From NCBI RefSeq assembly GCF_009834535.1, contig NC_045697.1, positions 19,594,001-19,658,000 on the forward strand: a stretch of DNA of 64,000 nucleotides. Direction: 5' to 3'. This DNA comes from Camelus ferus. Lineage: Eukaryota. A model generated the notes under the pieces. The model ran no database searches, was not told the origin of the DNA, and was given only the letters and a program-made list of their open reading frames with translations. The position numbers were made by a program, and so were the translations under genes. Positions 11,245 through 25,770 of this stretch are shown here, piece after piece; the first letter of the stretch is position 1, and each line of letters opens with the position of its first letter.

Positions 11245-14200
11245 CCAACCATGACAGAATAGCTGTTATCAGACTTGCATTCCTATTGTAAACAACAATA
11301 AAGCTGAACAAAATAGAACTGTTTGCATGTATTGAACAACATGGGGCACAATATTATGATCCCTGAGAGAAGAAAGACACACGAATTCCACCCCAAGCTC
11401 TTTCTAGATTCACTTTCTGGATGTCAGCACAGGATGGTGATGCTTAAGCAAAAGAAAACAGTCTAGTTGAATTGAGAAGGTAGAGTTCTGAGTTTGGGGT
11501 GGCTTCAGGCAATGGAATTTTCAGTACGTTGGTCCTAGAGAGGAAGGAGCAGCAAAGACAGAGATCTGAGAAGTTGGAGTGGGGATTCCTCACATAATCT
11601 CTGGCTGTAGTTGGACTATAGATGGATAGGATAGAACTGCATGAGGCCCAGTGGAGGGGTGCTGCTGCAGGACTCAGAGCTGAATGGAAATGTCAGAGGT
11701 CTTAGAAGGCTTCGAGATGATGGAATTCTGGCCCAGCAAAAGCACAAGAAATTGCTGAGGACTTTCAGCATTTATTGAGCTCCCAAATGCCCACTCCTTA
11801 GAAATAAGGGTGACATCCTAGAGTAAAGGTCCTGGACGAATGAAGGACAAAACCTGTACAGAAATGTTTACAGTGACTGTATTCATAAATGTTTAAATCT
11901 GAAAACAACTCAAATATTCTTCAGTGATTGAATGGACAGACAAACTGTGGTATATCCATAGGTGGAATACTACTCAGTGATAAAAATGGACAAACTCTTG
12001 TTACATGCTACAATCTCAAAGGGATAATGCCAAGTAAAAGAAACCAATCTCAACAAGACATACTATATGGTCCACTCATATGACAATCTCAATAAGAGAA
12101 AACTATGTGGATGGGGAATATATCAGTGGTTGCTGGGGTTTGAGTGGGAAGGATGTGGAGACAAAGGAACATCACAAGGGAGTGTTTGTGAGTGATGGAA
12201 CTGTTATGTATTCTGACTGTCGTAGTAGATGTGTGGATCTTTATATACGTTAAAGTTCATAAGAATGTATATCAAAAAATTATTTTACTATATGGTGACA
12301 AAAGAGATAAAATTAAACAAAAATAGTATGTGTATATACATATTTTTCAAGTACTTAAAGGGAAAATATACATGATGAAAGAGTGAATGGGGATTCTTAG
12401 TGGAGAAATGGAAATTTTAAAATTTGAAAAAAACAAAATCAACATTACTAGTATAATATCAGAAATAAAAATAGTTAATGGACTTTATAGCAGATTTAAT
12501 ACTGTAAAAGAAGCAGTTGGTGTACTTGAAGTCAGATTAATAGATATTATTAAATTGAATAAAATGGAAAAACATTGTAAAAATATTCTGAGTTTCAGTG
12601 TTTTGTGGAGCAATACATACAATTATATATATATATATATATAAATACATATTGTATACAAGTATATATATGAGTCCCAGAAAAAGAAGATTAAGATGAT
12701 CAAAAATGCTGAAAGAAATAATGGTCAAAAACTTCCTAAATTTGGAATACTAAGAAAACCAACATGGCGGAACAGCTGAAAAATCAATGATAAAGAGAAT
12801 ATTGTGCTAATGTCCAGGAAAAATGTCCTCAGGGAAGGAGACTTCATTCAGATGAGCACCCCTGAATGTCTGCCACTGTGTCTGTGTCCCTGTGTTGGGC
12901 CACAGACCCCCCACCCCTCCCCAGGAGACCCACCAAACTAGCAGAAAATTCCTGGAAAATATGCTCCACTGAAACAAAGAAATAAAGAAAATGAAGAAAT
13001 GGGGTCCAGGAAACAGGAGTTCCTTCTCATGAATGAAGCAAAGGGAACTCCTGGGAGGAAGACCAGACAAGAATGGGGCAGCAAGCCTGGAACACAGCCA
13101 ACCCACACTGCAGGAAGGGGACAGAGGATTCCAGAAAGGGGTTTTGGGGAGAAATAATTAATGAGAAGGATTATCTGACAGGATATAAAAGTGGCTTTCA
13201 GAGTTGTCGAAGGAGATGTGAAGACTTAATCAGAAAATTAATAAACTATACACATTATTAACTCAAAAAAATGGAGAATATCTTGAAAATAGCCTCAGCT
13301 AAGGGAAAAATGAAAGGATTACAAATTATATCACATTAGTACCAGTGGAGATTGGAAGTCAATAGGATAGCATATTTAAAGTGCCAAAAAAAAAAAGTGT
13401 TCCAAATTTCAAGTGAAATAAATGTATTTTCACATAAACAAAAGTTGAGAAAGTTTCTGCAAGCAGACCTAAATATAAGAATTGATAAAGGAAGCTTTCA
13501 CATTAAAAAAAAAAATGGATACCAGATGGAAACTTGATTTAGCAGGAAGAAATAAAGGACACTAGAAAGAGTAAACATGTGCTTCAATAAAAAGCAAGCT
13601 TCTAGAGGAAAACATAAAAGAATGTCTCCATGATCTTGGGGAAGCAAATATTTCTTCAAGAGACATCCAAGAGTGTAAATTTTATAAAAATTTGACAAAT
13701 TGGACTTCATAACTGTAAAACTAATGTTCTTTGAAAGAAAGCACAGAAATGGGGGCAAGATTGAAGGAAGTATTTGAAATTCATGTAGTTTATAAAGCAC
13801 TTATATTCTGAATATGTAAAGAACTCCACAAATCAGTAATAAAAAGACCTCAACCATGTAAAAAGAGGCAAAAGACTTTACAGACACTACGCATGAGAAT
13901 ATATATATGATTGTCCAATATACACATGAAAGTGTGCTGAACATCATCAGCCCTTGGAGAAACACAAATTAAGAGTACAATAAAATAACAAGTCAAACAC
14001 ACTAGACTACCAACAGTTAAAAGTATGCAGAGAACCAGATGAGGTAATGCAGCAATGGAGGCTCCCATAAGTTGCCAGTGGGTGTATAAAATTGTACAAC
14101 CGTTTTGAAAAACAGTTTGGCCATTTCTTATATAACCATACCCACTCCTAAGTATGTGCTTACAAGAAGCAAAAATAAAGAAGACTTGTACAGGAGTATC

Positions 14201-14620
14201 TTTAGCAGTTTTGTTTATAATAGACCCAAACCCGAAACAACAAATTGTTCTGTATTCATACATGGAATTCTATAGAGTAAACTTTTTAAGGATTTAATTA
14301 CTGATACACTCAAGAATGTGGATGAATCTCAAAAACAACATGTTGAGTGAAAGAAGCCAGATGCAAGAAGCACATATTGTCTGATTCCATTTATATGAAT
14401 TTTATTCAAGACTAGACAAAACTATGTTGTAGAAATCAGAACAGCAGTGACCTGTGAGGAGTGGAATAACTAAGGGGACACTGTGGAATTTTCTAGGATA
14501 TAGAAAATTTTCTGTACCTTAATAGAGTGTTGATTATACCTGAGAATATACCAAAACTCATCCAATTGTACACTTATGATCCAAACATTTCATTCCATGT
14601 AAATTGTATCTCAATAAAAA
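11245..14620 (+). mobile_element. Cluster of old L1M fragments (5' UTR, ORF1, ORF2 end, 3' UTR) with a nested L1MC-like 3' end at ~11855-12320
   Basis: L1 motifs: gaatggacagacaaactgtggtatatccata, aaaacttcctaaattt, gaatgtggatgaatctcaaaaacaacatgttgagtgaaagaagccag, ctcaataaaaa. Confidence 0.85.
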
Positions 14621-16239
14621 GTACACTCCTCACAAAGATTTAGAATTGACATGCAGAGAGAGAAGCATATGACACTTAGTAGAAACTTGAATGTTTTTCT
14701 TTCATATTGTATCTTAATTCAAAAGCTGTTTACACTATAGCCACTCATAACAGAGGGTTGAAGAGTATCTAATTTCATCTCTATCATTAACATCACATGA
14801 CAAAAGGAGTGCTTCTAATATAGTAAAATTAGTTTAACAATAATACATTTTATGATCACTGTGACATTTAAAAAATAATAGTCAATGAGATACATCCTAG
14901 GTAACCAACCTTAGAAACATATCTGAGTAAATCATGGCATGGAAAACAAATATACAGATAATTTTGCCAAGTTGTAATATAAAATCAATTGAGAAGTAAA
15001 AATACAGAATTCTGAACCCATCGTATGATACAAGCAGTATGAATCTTTGTGTAATTTATGTCAGTATATGTGTATAATTACAGTTTGGGGAAATGGAGAA
15101 ATTATATCATTATCTCTGATGGGTGGGGTTACAGATAAATTTAATTTTATTTTCTATACTTTTTGGCGTTTTCCTAATATTTCATAAGAAGCATACACTC
15201 ATTATTTTATTATAAGAAAAATGTACAGTATTGAACTATTTTTCAAATGTTCTAGCAGTGCCCAATTGTAAAGTTTCCTCATATGCACAAACTTATTTAA
15301 TTTTCACAACTGTTTGTTGTAGGTAGGATAAGTGCAGATATTCCCAGTTTACAAATAAGAAATTTGATAAATGTATCTCAAAAAGGTGTGCAGAATAAAC
15401 CAAGTTCAAATTATCTACATGAGTAGAACACATGTCTTGCAATTTCTGAGGTTAGTTTAGCTTAGTTAGTTTGGTTTAGTTTTTATTATATTTTGTTGCT
15501 TCTACTCACCAATGAGTCAGATGCTCTTACAGAACATGTTGGTATTGAAGCCTTCCTAAGAGAGTTTAATACTGCCTTAGTTGAATATTGCAGTGGCAAA
15601 AAAAGAGAAGGCAATAGTTTAATAACAGAAAAAGAGGCTGACTTGTAAAGGTACTGGTGAATTTCCCATGTGTGGGAGACAGTTACGGGGGTAACTGCTG
15701 AAATTTTAAAGACTTCCCCCAGGAGTTCTAGGGTGGAAAAAAAAAGCTGTTAACTGATTTTATTTTTTACTTCTTAGCTACACCTTCTGCTTTGTTTCTA
15801 GCAGGGTTTTGCAGTGTCTGAGATTAATGACATATGGTCATTTTTCCAAAAATTTTATTTCACATTTTTCCAAGCATGCTTGTTGCCAGGTGTTTTCGAG
15901 AAGCCATGGGAAATACTAAGCTGCAATTAGTTGCCATCTTAAATTCAATTTTGCCAGAACATAGCGTTCACTAATAGAACTCAGAAGAACAATTTTATCT
16001 TTGCTCAATGTATCTTTCTGACAAAAGAACCCTTATTGTCCCAGAATTCAAATCTCTCAAGACAGTAGTCTTCTAAAGTGAGCTTTCCTCCAAACTTTTT
16101 GTCTTGGTATTACAGCTCTTATTAAAACCAGTATGCGTTGCTTTATTCTTGGTATCTGGAACAGAGTTAATGACAGTGAATGCATACATTGTGTTATTTG
16201 ATTTTATTTGAGTTGAACTTCTGTTTCTAGGTACTCAAG

Positions 16240-18690
16240 AAAACTACCAAATATATGAAGAGTATCTAAATATGAAAAAGGAAAATTCCAACAAAGTGAA
16301 TAGAACAAATGGAAAAAGTAATCAGAGGTTTAACAAATAAAAGAAATATAAATGACTCTTAACTGTATATAAAATCCTCATCCTGACTCTTAAAAAAAAA
16401 CGCAAATTAATCTTTATTGAGACAGCATTTGCCAATTATTCTATCATCAAAAATTCAAAAGTTGACAAAATAGTCTGTTGGCAAGGCTGTGGGGAAACAG
16501 TAAGTCATGTATTCCAAGTGGGAATGCAAAAATGATTCAACTCTTATGGAGAGGAATTTGGCAATGCCTGGTTAAATTATTTCTCACTTGTCTCAGGAAT
16601 TCTACTTCGAGAAGACTATCTTAAAGAAACATGAAAAAATACCAAATGACTTGCACAAAGTTACACATTATATCACTTTAATAGCAAAAAGACTAGAAGT
16701 AATCCAAATATATATTAAAAGAGAATTATTGTTTCAGCCCACAATGGAGTATTAGGTAGTTGCAAAAGGGAAGAGTTAGAGCTCTATTCATTGATATGGG
16801 TTGAGTTAGATTTCTGCACTTCCATACGGCACAACCTCCAGCATACATCATCAAGTGATAGTAGGAAACTGCAAAAAGCATACATGGTGTGCTCCATTTT
16901 GTGAAAGCAGGTGAGTGTATGTTTACATTTGAAGAACGAAAAAGATTAGAGTTACTGCAATTGATTAAGACACATCACTATATATATAAAATCCATGAGT
17001 TCATTATGAAATTGAAAAGAGGGGGGAAGATAAAAATTAAACTCACCAGTCATAATTCGATGTTGATAAGGCACCAACTCGTTAATCTGAAATTTGATAA
17101 TTAAAGAGAAAGAATTAGGCATTTATTTTGCCTTTTAGGGTAATACACATACCCATAGTGTGGGCAGACAGAGAGAAAGAGAGAGAAACCTTTGATACAG
17201 AAGAAATTTCAACTAAGAGATATAGAAGGAATTAGCAAAACCACAGTTTTGCAATCTCAAATGAAATATCTTATTTAAGAATTGGTTATTAGCAGATGAT
17301 AAAAAAGATAAGGTGAAAATTTAAAGGGGAACTTCACAGTGGAGGAATCAGACTGTGCCTGCTTAAACCCTGTCACCCAGTTTTAGGGTTACTACAAGCT
17401 GAACAAATGACATAATTTGCCTCTCGATGTGATGAAATACGTATACAGCAGCACCCATGAATTTTCTTGCATAAATAAATTGGAACCTTAACTTATCAAA
17501 CCTTTACGTCTCTCAGTCTATAGGAAACAGAGGAGATAGGATATGTTCAATGCCATCATGCTAAAGCAATCAATCAAATCTAGAAAGTGACACAGTTTAC
17601 AGAATATTAATTTAGTTCCTTTAACAGGACAATTGCATAGAAAAGGAAAGGCTGTTCTAGATTAAGTAGATTTAAAAGAGATTAAAGAGGCAACATAACA
17701 AATTACAACGCCTGTTCCTTGTTTAGATCCTTAGTTAAAGAGAACTTCTGTAAGAAATAATTTTTAGACAATTGGGAAAATTTGCATATAAATCTGTGCT
17801 TTGAGTGATATTAGGAAATCATTTTAAATTATTTCATGTATTGATAATGGCTTCAAATATGTGAAAGAATTTTTTGTTTGTTTGTTTTAAGGCACATAAT
17901 GAAATATTGTGTGAATTTGGTTACCTTGCATCTGAAAAATACCTTAAAATATGACAGAAAAAAATCCACCCTCCCTATTCCCCCCAAAAAAATTCAACTT
18001 GGGGATGATGAATAAAGAATATGGCAAGGTTGTTAGATAGTTAGATAGGTGGGGGCACCAGGCAGATAGGCGGAGGAGAGGGAAGATGAGCTGGAAGATG
18101 GCGTTATGCCTGCCTCCAGCATAAATGAGCTTTACTTCTGAATGAGTGGCAGCAAAAAGCTGGTTAGAATCCGACAGCCATAACTGACTGTGTGGTAGCA
18201 GAAAAGGACTTAACCGGACACGACCCAGTGTTCATTGTATTATAATTAACATTGCAGTTTAGCCCCTCTCCATGGGTTTTTCTGTGTACACCGTGGGTAA
18301 GGACATGCGCAAAGGGGCCATACGTGCCTAAGCACTCCAGGGACAAGAGCTGTCAATCAATCAAGAGACCGCCTCTAAGCAAGGGTATAAGAGGGGAGAC
18401 AGAAACCACTGCTTTTTCTTCCTTGGATCAGCCCACCTCCTCTTCTTGAAGGTGTACTTTTCCTTTTCTAAATAAATCTTTTAAAATCTTTTGCTACGCA
18501 ATGCACTGTCTCCCAACTGTAAACTTATCTTTTGGGTATGATAAGAACTGGGGTCTTTACCATTTTGGGTAACAAAATATCAGTGGTTGTGATGCTAAGT
18601 GACAGGTTCATGTATGTTTCTTTTGGACTCTGGACTTTGTGAAGGTTTGGGAAATTTCAAAATAAAAGTTTTATAAATAAGAGTTAAAAT
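16240..18690 (+). mobile_element. Old L1M (L1MC4/5-like) ORF2 end and long 3' UTR, interrupted by an LTR
   Basis: tgttggcaaggctgtggggaaacag, cacaatggagtatta, aaaatccatgagttcattatg; ends at caaaataaaagtt. Confidence 0.75.
18031..18574 (+). mobile_element. ERV1-class solo LTR
   Basis: TGTTA...TAACA termini, TATAA (~18387), AATAAA (~18471), retained CpGs; flanks aggt/aaat imperfect; similar to the reverse complement of 52067-52683. Confidence 0.85.
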
Positions 18691-19809
18691 AACAGAATGT
18701 CATTTGGCTACTAGGTCTACTCAATGGCAAAAAAAAGGTCATTAAAATTATGGACATTTCACTTAACAAAATTCTTTAAATTCCATGCTGTTTAAATCAA
18801 TCTTTATTCAATATCTTTGTAATAAGCATCAAAAGAAATTTTAAGCAGTGTTGCTTTTCAACTGAGGCTACAATCCATCAACAGGTTTAGAATCCAATTT
18901 AATGGGTTTGACCAGCATTCTTGAAAATAAAATAGAAAAGAAGCAAAACATAAACAAACCAGCCAACAACACTTCTTCCCCCACAAATGAATGATTAAAA
19001 TGAAAAGAAAAAGAACAGAAGGAGAAAGAAAATATTCGAGTACACTGTAGAAGATAATGAAAAATCATTACATGGGAAACTATATTTGTAGTAAGCTGTG
19101 ATATGTAAGGTACATTTTATAGTTAAAAACAGCAAAGGCCATCACACTAAATATGCTTAAAAATGACTCCCGAGGCCCACTGCAGCACTGCACAGCCAGT
19201 GAAGCCTGCCCACCTGTCATCTTTCTTACCTTAGTTCTGTTACAGGGCCCAGAGGACGCGTATGTTTCTTAGAAACTAGTGGATCCATATCCACGCCCCT
19301 GTGCTGTGTCTCTGCCCCGGGCTCGAAGCTCATTTCCCTGATCAACCCCTCTCCTCACGACCCACTGACATTTCTTATTGCACTAAACAGCCTTTAGTAC
19401 TTTTTATCTTTTTTTAAAGTGTGAAACATAACACATTTAATGAATCACAGATGAAATATAACACATGATATAATAAATAATTACAAAGCAAAGCATATGG
19501 AACCACCCCAGGAAATCTATTCTCGTACAACCCTTACTTGTTGCCATCTGACTTCTGCACTTCCTCTGTTTATTGTCATTCTCTTTCCTCAGTCCTTACT
19601 GTGAACTCTATGACAGCAACAGTTTCACTGTTTCAGGCATTGCTATGTGCCCAATACAGAGAATGGAATTAGGTGGATACTCAACAATTTTTTGTGTGTA
19701 ATGAATTAATAAATATATGGTATTATTTTTCAAACGTAGGCCACTTTGTTAGGAATTAAAATGACACAGATATGTCACAGTAGCTTTTATCTAATATTGT
19801 ACTTTCCAT

Positions 19810-19868
19810 TGTGGGGGGTCTGTTAACCAGGACTCAACCAAAGAAGCAGAATCAAGAAGTTACATAGG

Positions 19869-19918
<50 letters not shown>

Positions 19919-20040
19919 TAGGAGAGGGAAGAAGAAAGATTTATACATATATAGAGAGATTTATTACAAAAATTGGCTTATACATAGTGGAGAGGCTATT
20001 TAAGCAAGTCTGGAATTTGTGGGGGAAGCAGAAAAGAAAA
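19810..20040 (-). mobile_element. Old ERVL-type (MLT2-like) LTR fragment
   Basis: caggactcaaccaaagaagcagaatca...gagatttattacaaaaattggctta, MLT2-like antisense end with an embedded microsatellite. Confidence 0.6.
19866..19917. repeat. (TAGA)n tetranucleotide microsatellite
   Basis: About 12 near-perfect units. Confidence 0.95.
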
Positions 20041-20244
20041 TCATGGCCAAGCTTGAACCCACAAAATGCCTACTGACCCTCCATTCCACCCTGGTGGTTT
20101 AGTTAGCCTGGCTGAGTCAGTGCATCACAAACCATCGCAGCCCTGAAAGTTTTTATAAGAAAAAATATTAGTAATAAATCTTTCACGTCAATACGATAAT
20201 GTCTCATCGAGTGTCTCCTGCTTTATGAGAGCTGAGTCTACCCT

Positions 20245-20899
20245 TGTTGCCAATAGATGTAACAGGTGTCCAGGTTCTTGTCCTGTCCCAGAAAGAGTTC
20301 AAAGACCAGACGTAGAGGTTAAGAAAGTAAAATGGGGATTTATTAAGGGATGGATAGGACACTCTCAAGGGGAGAGCCAGCAGGGCAGGCTCAGGTGAGC
20401 GGCTGTGCTGAGTTTCTTCGGCAAGTTGGTTCACAGACTGTAAAAATGAATAGTCATTGGGGAGAGAAGAGTTTGGGGTCTTTTTCCTGATTTTCATCCC
20501 AACTCCACCTTCCCAAAGGGAGGAGAGATTTTTGTCCTTATTTAGTCTGGATCAGAAGTGTCATGGCGTCAGTGTATGATGGGTACTTCTAATCTGCAAA
20601 GCTCATTTTATTGAAATGAGGGCATAACAAGCAAAAGGCTACATTCAGACACTGGACACTGGAGATTTCTGCCTTTTCCCACCTTTCTTTGTGGCATGGG
20701 CCGCTCATCACCCCAAAAAGTGTGACCGCTTATCCGCACAGAGGGTCCTATTTTTCTTTCTCTGCCCAGGGACCCCTGGTGCTTACATGATGTATGGTTT
20801 CCTGCATTTGGCCTGTGCCCCTCTTTCCTGCCCAATTCCTGACATTTGGCCTTTGTCTCCTTTTCTCTGCTCATATCTAGCTATCTGTCTGCTCCAACA
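20245..20899 (-). mobile_element. ERV1-class solo LTR with perfect 4-bp TSD
   Basis: TGTTG...CAACA termini; TSD CCCT at 20241-20244 and 20900-20903; AATAAA on the minus strand at ~20340. Confidence 0.9.
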
Positions 20900-22750
20900 C
20901 CCTGACAATTTTTGCTCTAGATATGGAAGAATCTCTCAGCTTGGTTTCCTATGAAGCAATTATAAAGATGCATTGCTACTCTGGTCTAATCACTATAGAG
21001 TGGAAGTGAACGAAGAGCCAATTTTAAGGGCTCGAGTGGCATTTTGAGGTGTCAAGACTAGAGAGTTCCAAGGGAAACACTGGCTATTCTAAATTAGATT
21101 GATACTTTTATTGGTAACCAGAGCACTTCAAAAATCAAGGATTTTCACAGTTTGGTGACAAGTACCTTGAACTTGACATTGGTGGAATCTATTTTAAAAA
21201 ATAGAGTTTAAGTCATATCTCATGAACGTTTTATTCTTGGGCATTCTGATATTGCTATCACAGTGACAACTAATGTCAATTAAAATCTGACAGGACGTTT
21301 AAACACCAGGGACATATTTTTAATATTAAATTTCCAAACTGTCTTGGATGCTGAATCCTGTACTGCACTTGCACTGATTTTCTGAAAGCTAAGTGCCGCC
21401 GGCCTGCCCAAGATAACTTGCAGGCAGTTGGCCAATTATTAAGAGAAACTCAATGATTGCATGCAATGATGGTTTCCTTTAAAACCTGACGGCGTAAGGA
21501 ACTTAGAGCAGAATGGGATTACCTTCCTTGTTTAGTCACTTAGACCATTCTCTTTCCATCATGACACTAATCTGGAACAATTTGGTCATAAGAATCATGC
21601 AAGGGAGAGAAAAGTTAAAAATCAGCAAGTCTGTGTAAAACTAGTTGGATTTTATGGCTTCTGTACAGGGTAGAAAGGAAAAAGAAAGACTCTAAAGTGT
21701 GGTTATTTAGAATCTGACTTTCAGAAGAATTCTTTTATTAGTGAACTCCTATTCACCCAGCTTTCAGCTGAAAATGTCATTATTTTCAAAGGAGACCATA
21801 GCATTGCATGCTTATTCTTTATCAGAGGTGATCTTGAGGGCGACTATGCATTCTATTACATAGCCAGGGATCCATGCCTGGAAGGCACTTAGAATGCTTA
21901 GAGTCAATTGGATCACAAGCTTTCAAGCACATATATTTTCTTTGCAGAAAGGTGATTTTTTTTTTTAACACTTCTTGGGAAATATAAGTTAGGCTTTCAG
22001 GTTCATAAGGCAAAATTTAAAGCCAACTTAGTAGTTTTTTTATTATTATTTTTGAATAAGAAGAGAGTAAAACATGTCAGGAGTTTTGAAAATGATTGAT
22101 CTGGAAATCTGTATAATGTGAGAGCAAGAACAAACATATTCTTTTCTTTTTAGCATTGGTTTAATTATAAGTAACTTTATAATTTTATTTGCACAAAAAG
22201 ATGTGTTAAATAGCCATTGGTTTAACTTAAATATCCACTTCTTTAAAAAGTTCTGTTTACTTGAGAAATAGAAGGGGTATATAAATGTCAAAGTAGTGAG
22301 AGAAAACAATGCACTATGTTAAAAATACTGAAAATAACGACTCTGACTTATGACATACTGCCTTTCCGCATCAGAAACTCTTTAAGGATTTAAATGTATG
22401 CTTTTAAAAATGAAAGATATTTTTGAAAATTGTGATTATCATTATCACTAAGTTTTTGGTTTCTTTTTAATTGAAGGAGTTTTACAATTTTTTTCTGAGA
22501 AAAAAATAGCAGAGGTGCGGAAAATAAAAGAATCTTCACAAGAGCTTCCTAATACCTGAGTTATTCTTGAATACCTCCCAGGAATATCTTTTTCTCCCCT
22601 CCTCCCTGCTTTTATCCCCTGACAAAGTAGGCCTATAGGACTCTAGGACATCTCTAAGACCATCGATGATTGATAGTAATGAAGTAGACTCTCACTTATC
22701 CCTGCTAGACCAATCATTTTCTTCCTTGCTAGTTTATCCCTTGTTTCACT

Positions 22751-23227
22751 TGTGAATGAAAAATACTGCAAACCATATCAGTGAACAAAGAATGCTGAAA
22801 ACATCAAGTCATCAGCGGCTGCCGCCACCCTCCAGTGAAGACACGCCTGCAGCCCATCCTCTGCAGCCACTCACAGTGGTGCACCCTGAGGGGACTCAGA
22901 ATACCAAAGGACAGAATAAAGCACCCTAGATAGCTAGATGCTTGTCAAACGAATGAATTCAATGAGCCCAAATGTTTGCTTCCTCCCGTACATAGAAAAG
23001 CACTAAATTCTTTAACTTGAGATGCCTGGTTTTCTTTAGATAACAAGTAATCTTTTATTGTTCCAACTGCCTGGTCTTTGTTGTAAAGCACCTATATATC
23101 CTAGCTCCTCCCCTAATTCTTTGGAGCTGTCCCTCAGAGCGATCTGAGAGGCTGTCATCCCAGCTCAAATCCTCCCACCAAATAAAACATAACTCTCAAC
23201 TTTTAGGCTGATTTATTTCAGTCAACA
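22751..23227 (+). mobile_element. ERV1-class solo LTR
   Basis: TGTGA...CAACA termini; TSD CACT/CATT (1 mismatch); TATATA at ~23093; AATAAA at ~23181. Confidence 0.85.
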
Positions 23228-24967
23228 CATTCAACAGTATTTCAAGTGCGGATGAAGTTTTTGTACTTCCTAGAGGTCTCTGATTGCCTTTTAAAGTTCT
23301 TTTTGCTTACAACTTTAGAACATTGAGTCATTTTTTTTAAAGCAAGCATTGTACCAGTAACATAAAGATACTCATTTGATTGCATTTCATTTTGTCCCTG
23401 TGAAGAGTTCCTCCAAATGTAAACAACTCCAGTAAGTCATCGTAGCAAAATCCGAGTTTGTTTGCCAAGGGACAGTCCACCAGTTTGCCAGAAGAGTCTT
23501 CACAGGGTGGCAGTGATTACCCTGTGAATTTTCCCCAGTCCAGTATCTGGCACTCCCATCCTGCAGTCTTAAAATTTTGACTTGTCAGTTCCCCAACAGT
23601 GGATTTAGCTCACAGGTACAGATTCACATTAGCCAAGTCCAAGGATTGGTACCCAATGTCAGAAGACCCTGTAAACCAGAATCCTGTAGAACTCTATACT
23701 GGACGTTTTTCTTCCTGAATATAGATCCACAGGGGAAGCCAGGTTACAAAAAAAAAAAAAAAATTGCTGTTGAATATGGACTCAAAGATGGAGCATATAT
23801 TATAATGGAAGTTTCTGCATCAGGCAAAAATTACCAGACCATTCAGAATCAGCTGACCACAAATGCTTACATCTGTGGTCCCGCTGGGAGCATCTTCCTC
23901 CATGGAGAGGGAAAGTCAGTTTCCAGCGAGGCTCTTTTCCAAACTTGCTGCTGTGATGTTGCTTTTTAAGGAATCAACAATTACCAATAGTCAACATCAT
24001 TGACAACTGCCTTTAAATTTCTGTGTATTTAGTCTGATTATTATAAAGCATGGCTGGCTTAGAAGCCACACCATCTCTTGAAGATAATTTGCCTCTCTGC
24101 TCTGTTCCATTTGTGTTTGGCTTTTAAATTTTATAACAATTTTGCAACAGAAAAGGCAACCTTTTCTCAAATGTGGGAGGCCCACCTCTCTCACGGTATA
24201 TGTGATTTCCTGACCACTTTTCCACTTTGAATTACCGAGATATGGTGGGTAGAGAGTGGAGGCCTTTAGGATTTGGTCTTTCCTTCAGTCGTGAGGTTAG
24301 TTATTACATCAGTTCTTTCCATGCTTTTCCTCTGTTGGTAGTCAACAGTTTGGGTGAGTGCCTTGAAATTTCTAGTATTTTTTTTTGCAGATTACTTGTG
24401 TCTCAAACTTGTAAAACTTAAAGAGCCTCAAAATAAAAAAATACAGAAAATATCAGAAAGATCTACTGACTTAGGACTTCCAAGGCTATTGTAAAGATAT
24501 TTCTAATGTATTTTTTTAACTTCCACTAAGAAAATTAATTTGTTAAAATAACTACTTCTTCTTTTCTAAAACTATTAGAACATTAGATTTCATTATTATG
24601 CAAGTAAATCAGTTAAAAATTATTTCCATGTTATTCTTTTTATATAAACATATCTTTTTATAAATATTCTTTACATATTTAATGTGATTCTGACCCCAAG
24701 TATGAGGTTGGGGAAGAACATTCAAACAAACCAACTTCATCTGCATTGTGGAATAACCTCCTCTCATCTGTTGGTTAGTGATTACTTCTAGGAAGACTCT
24801 AACAGCTCTTTGAACAGCAGTGAGAATGATGTTTTTCATGGAAGACAATTGGCCAGAGACATTATACATAGCAAGTTATGGAAGTGATTTTCACTTATTT
24901 ATTTATTCATTTATTCAATATGTATTGAGTGCCTCTTCTGTACCAGACACTATGCTAGGTTCTAGAG

Positions 24968-25266
24968 TGACACTGCCTGATATGGGAGTTGTTAGCTACA
25001 TGTGACTATCGAGCACCTTAAATGTGGTAGTGTGACCAAGAAAATAAATTTTTAATTTTATTTAGTTTTAGTTAATTAAAGTAAAAATAGCTGAAGAAGT
25101 ATAAATTTTTCAATTAATTATGTATTGAAATGACAATATTTGGGATATCTAAGTTTAAATAAAATTTATAAAAAATAAATTTTATCTGATTCTTTTTTAC
25201 ATATTTCATGTGGCTACCAGAATATTAAATGCCTATGACTCATTATATTTTTATTGAACAGTGCTG
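24968..25266. mobile_element. hAT-Charlie MITE (MER3/MER33-like) inserted in an antisense L2 end
   Basis: agctacatgtgactatcgagcaccttaaatgtgg...atttttattgaacagtgctg; TCTAGA-like target flanks (ttctagag/ttctggaa); L2 tail (attcatttattcaatatgtattgagtgcc) to the left. Confidence 0.8.
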
Positions 25267-25579
25267 TTCTGGAACTTCTGTGGTGAATAAAATAGATACC
25301 ATCCTCACTGTCACAAAATTTTATGTTTTATTACTAATGTTAGATATGGAAGATTCCTTTTGATTACTAATTTTTTGCAATGAAAATTACACCAGAATTG
25401 AGTAGCTGATGAAATAAACTGAGTTAAATGTAAATAATGTATGTTTGAGTGTTTCTGTACTTAAAAAAAAATCTTATAAGGGATCTTAAATCTGTATATA
25501 AATGAAGTTTTACTCTTTTATGTGGTTCTATTGTAACTCATTTTATGATGGCATGTTAGCCATGTTTTGATTCTAGAGA

Positions 25580-25770
25580 GAAAGCCCATTACTTTATAGA
25601 AGAGTTCATTTAATTATTATAATAATCCTGTGAGATAAATATTACTTCTATTTTACAAAAGTAGAAAGCTAGGCTTTGAGTGATTATTCAACATTTTAAA
25701 ATTTATACAAAAATTAGGAACAGAACAAGAATGCAAACTCAGATTTCTCATTTCTAACTTCAAATCTCTC
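25580..25770 (-). mobile_element. MIR SINE
   Basis: aataatcctgtgagataaatattacttctattttacaaaag antisense core. Confidence 0.6.
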
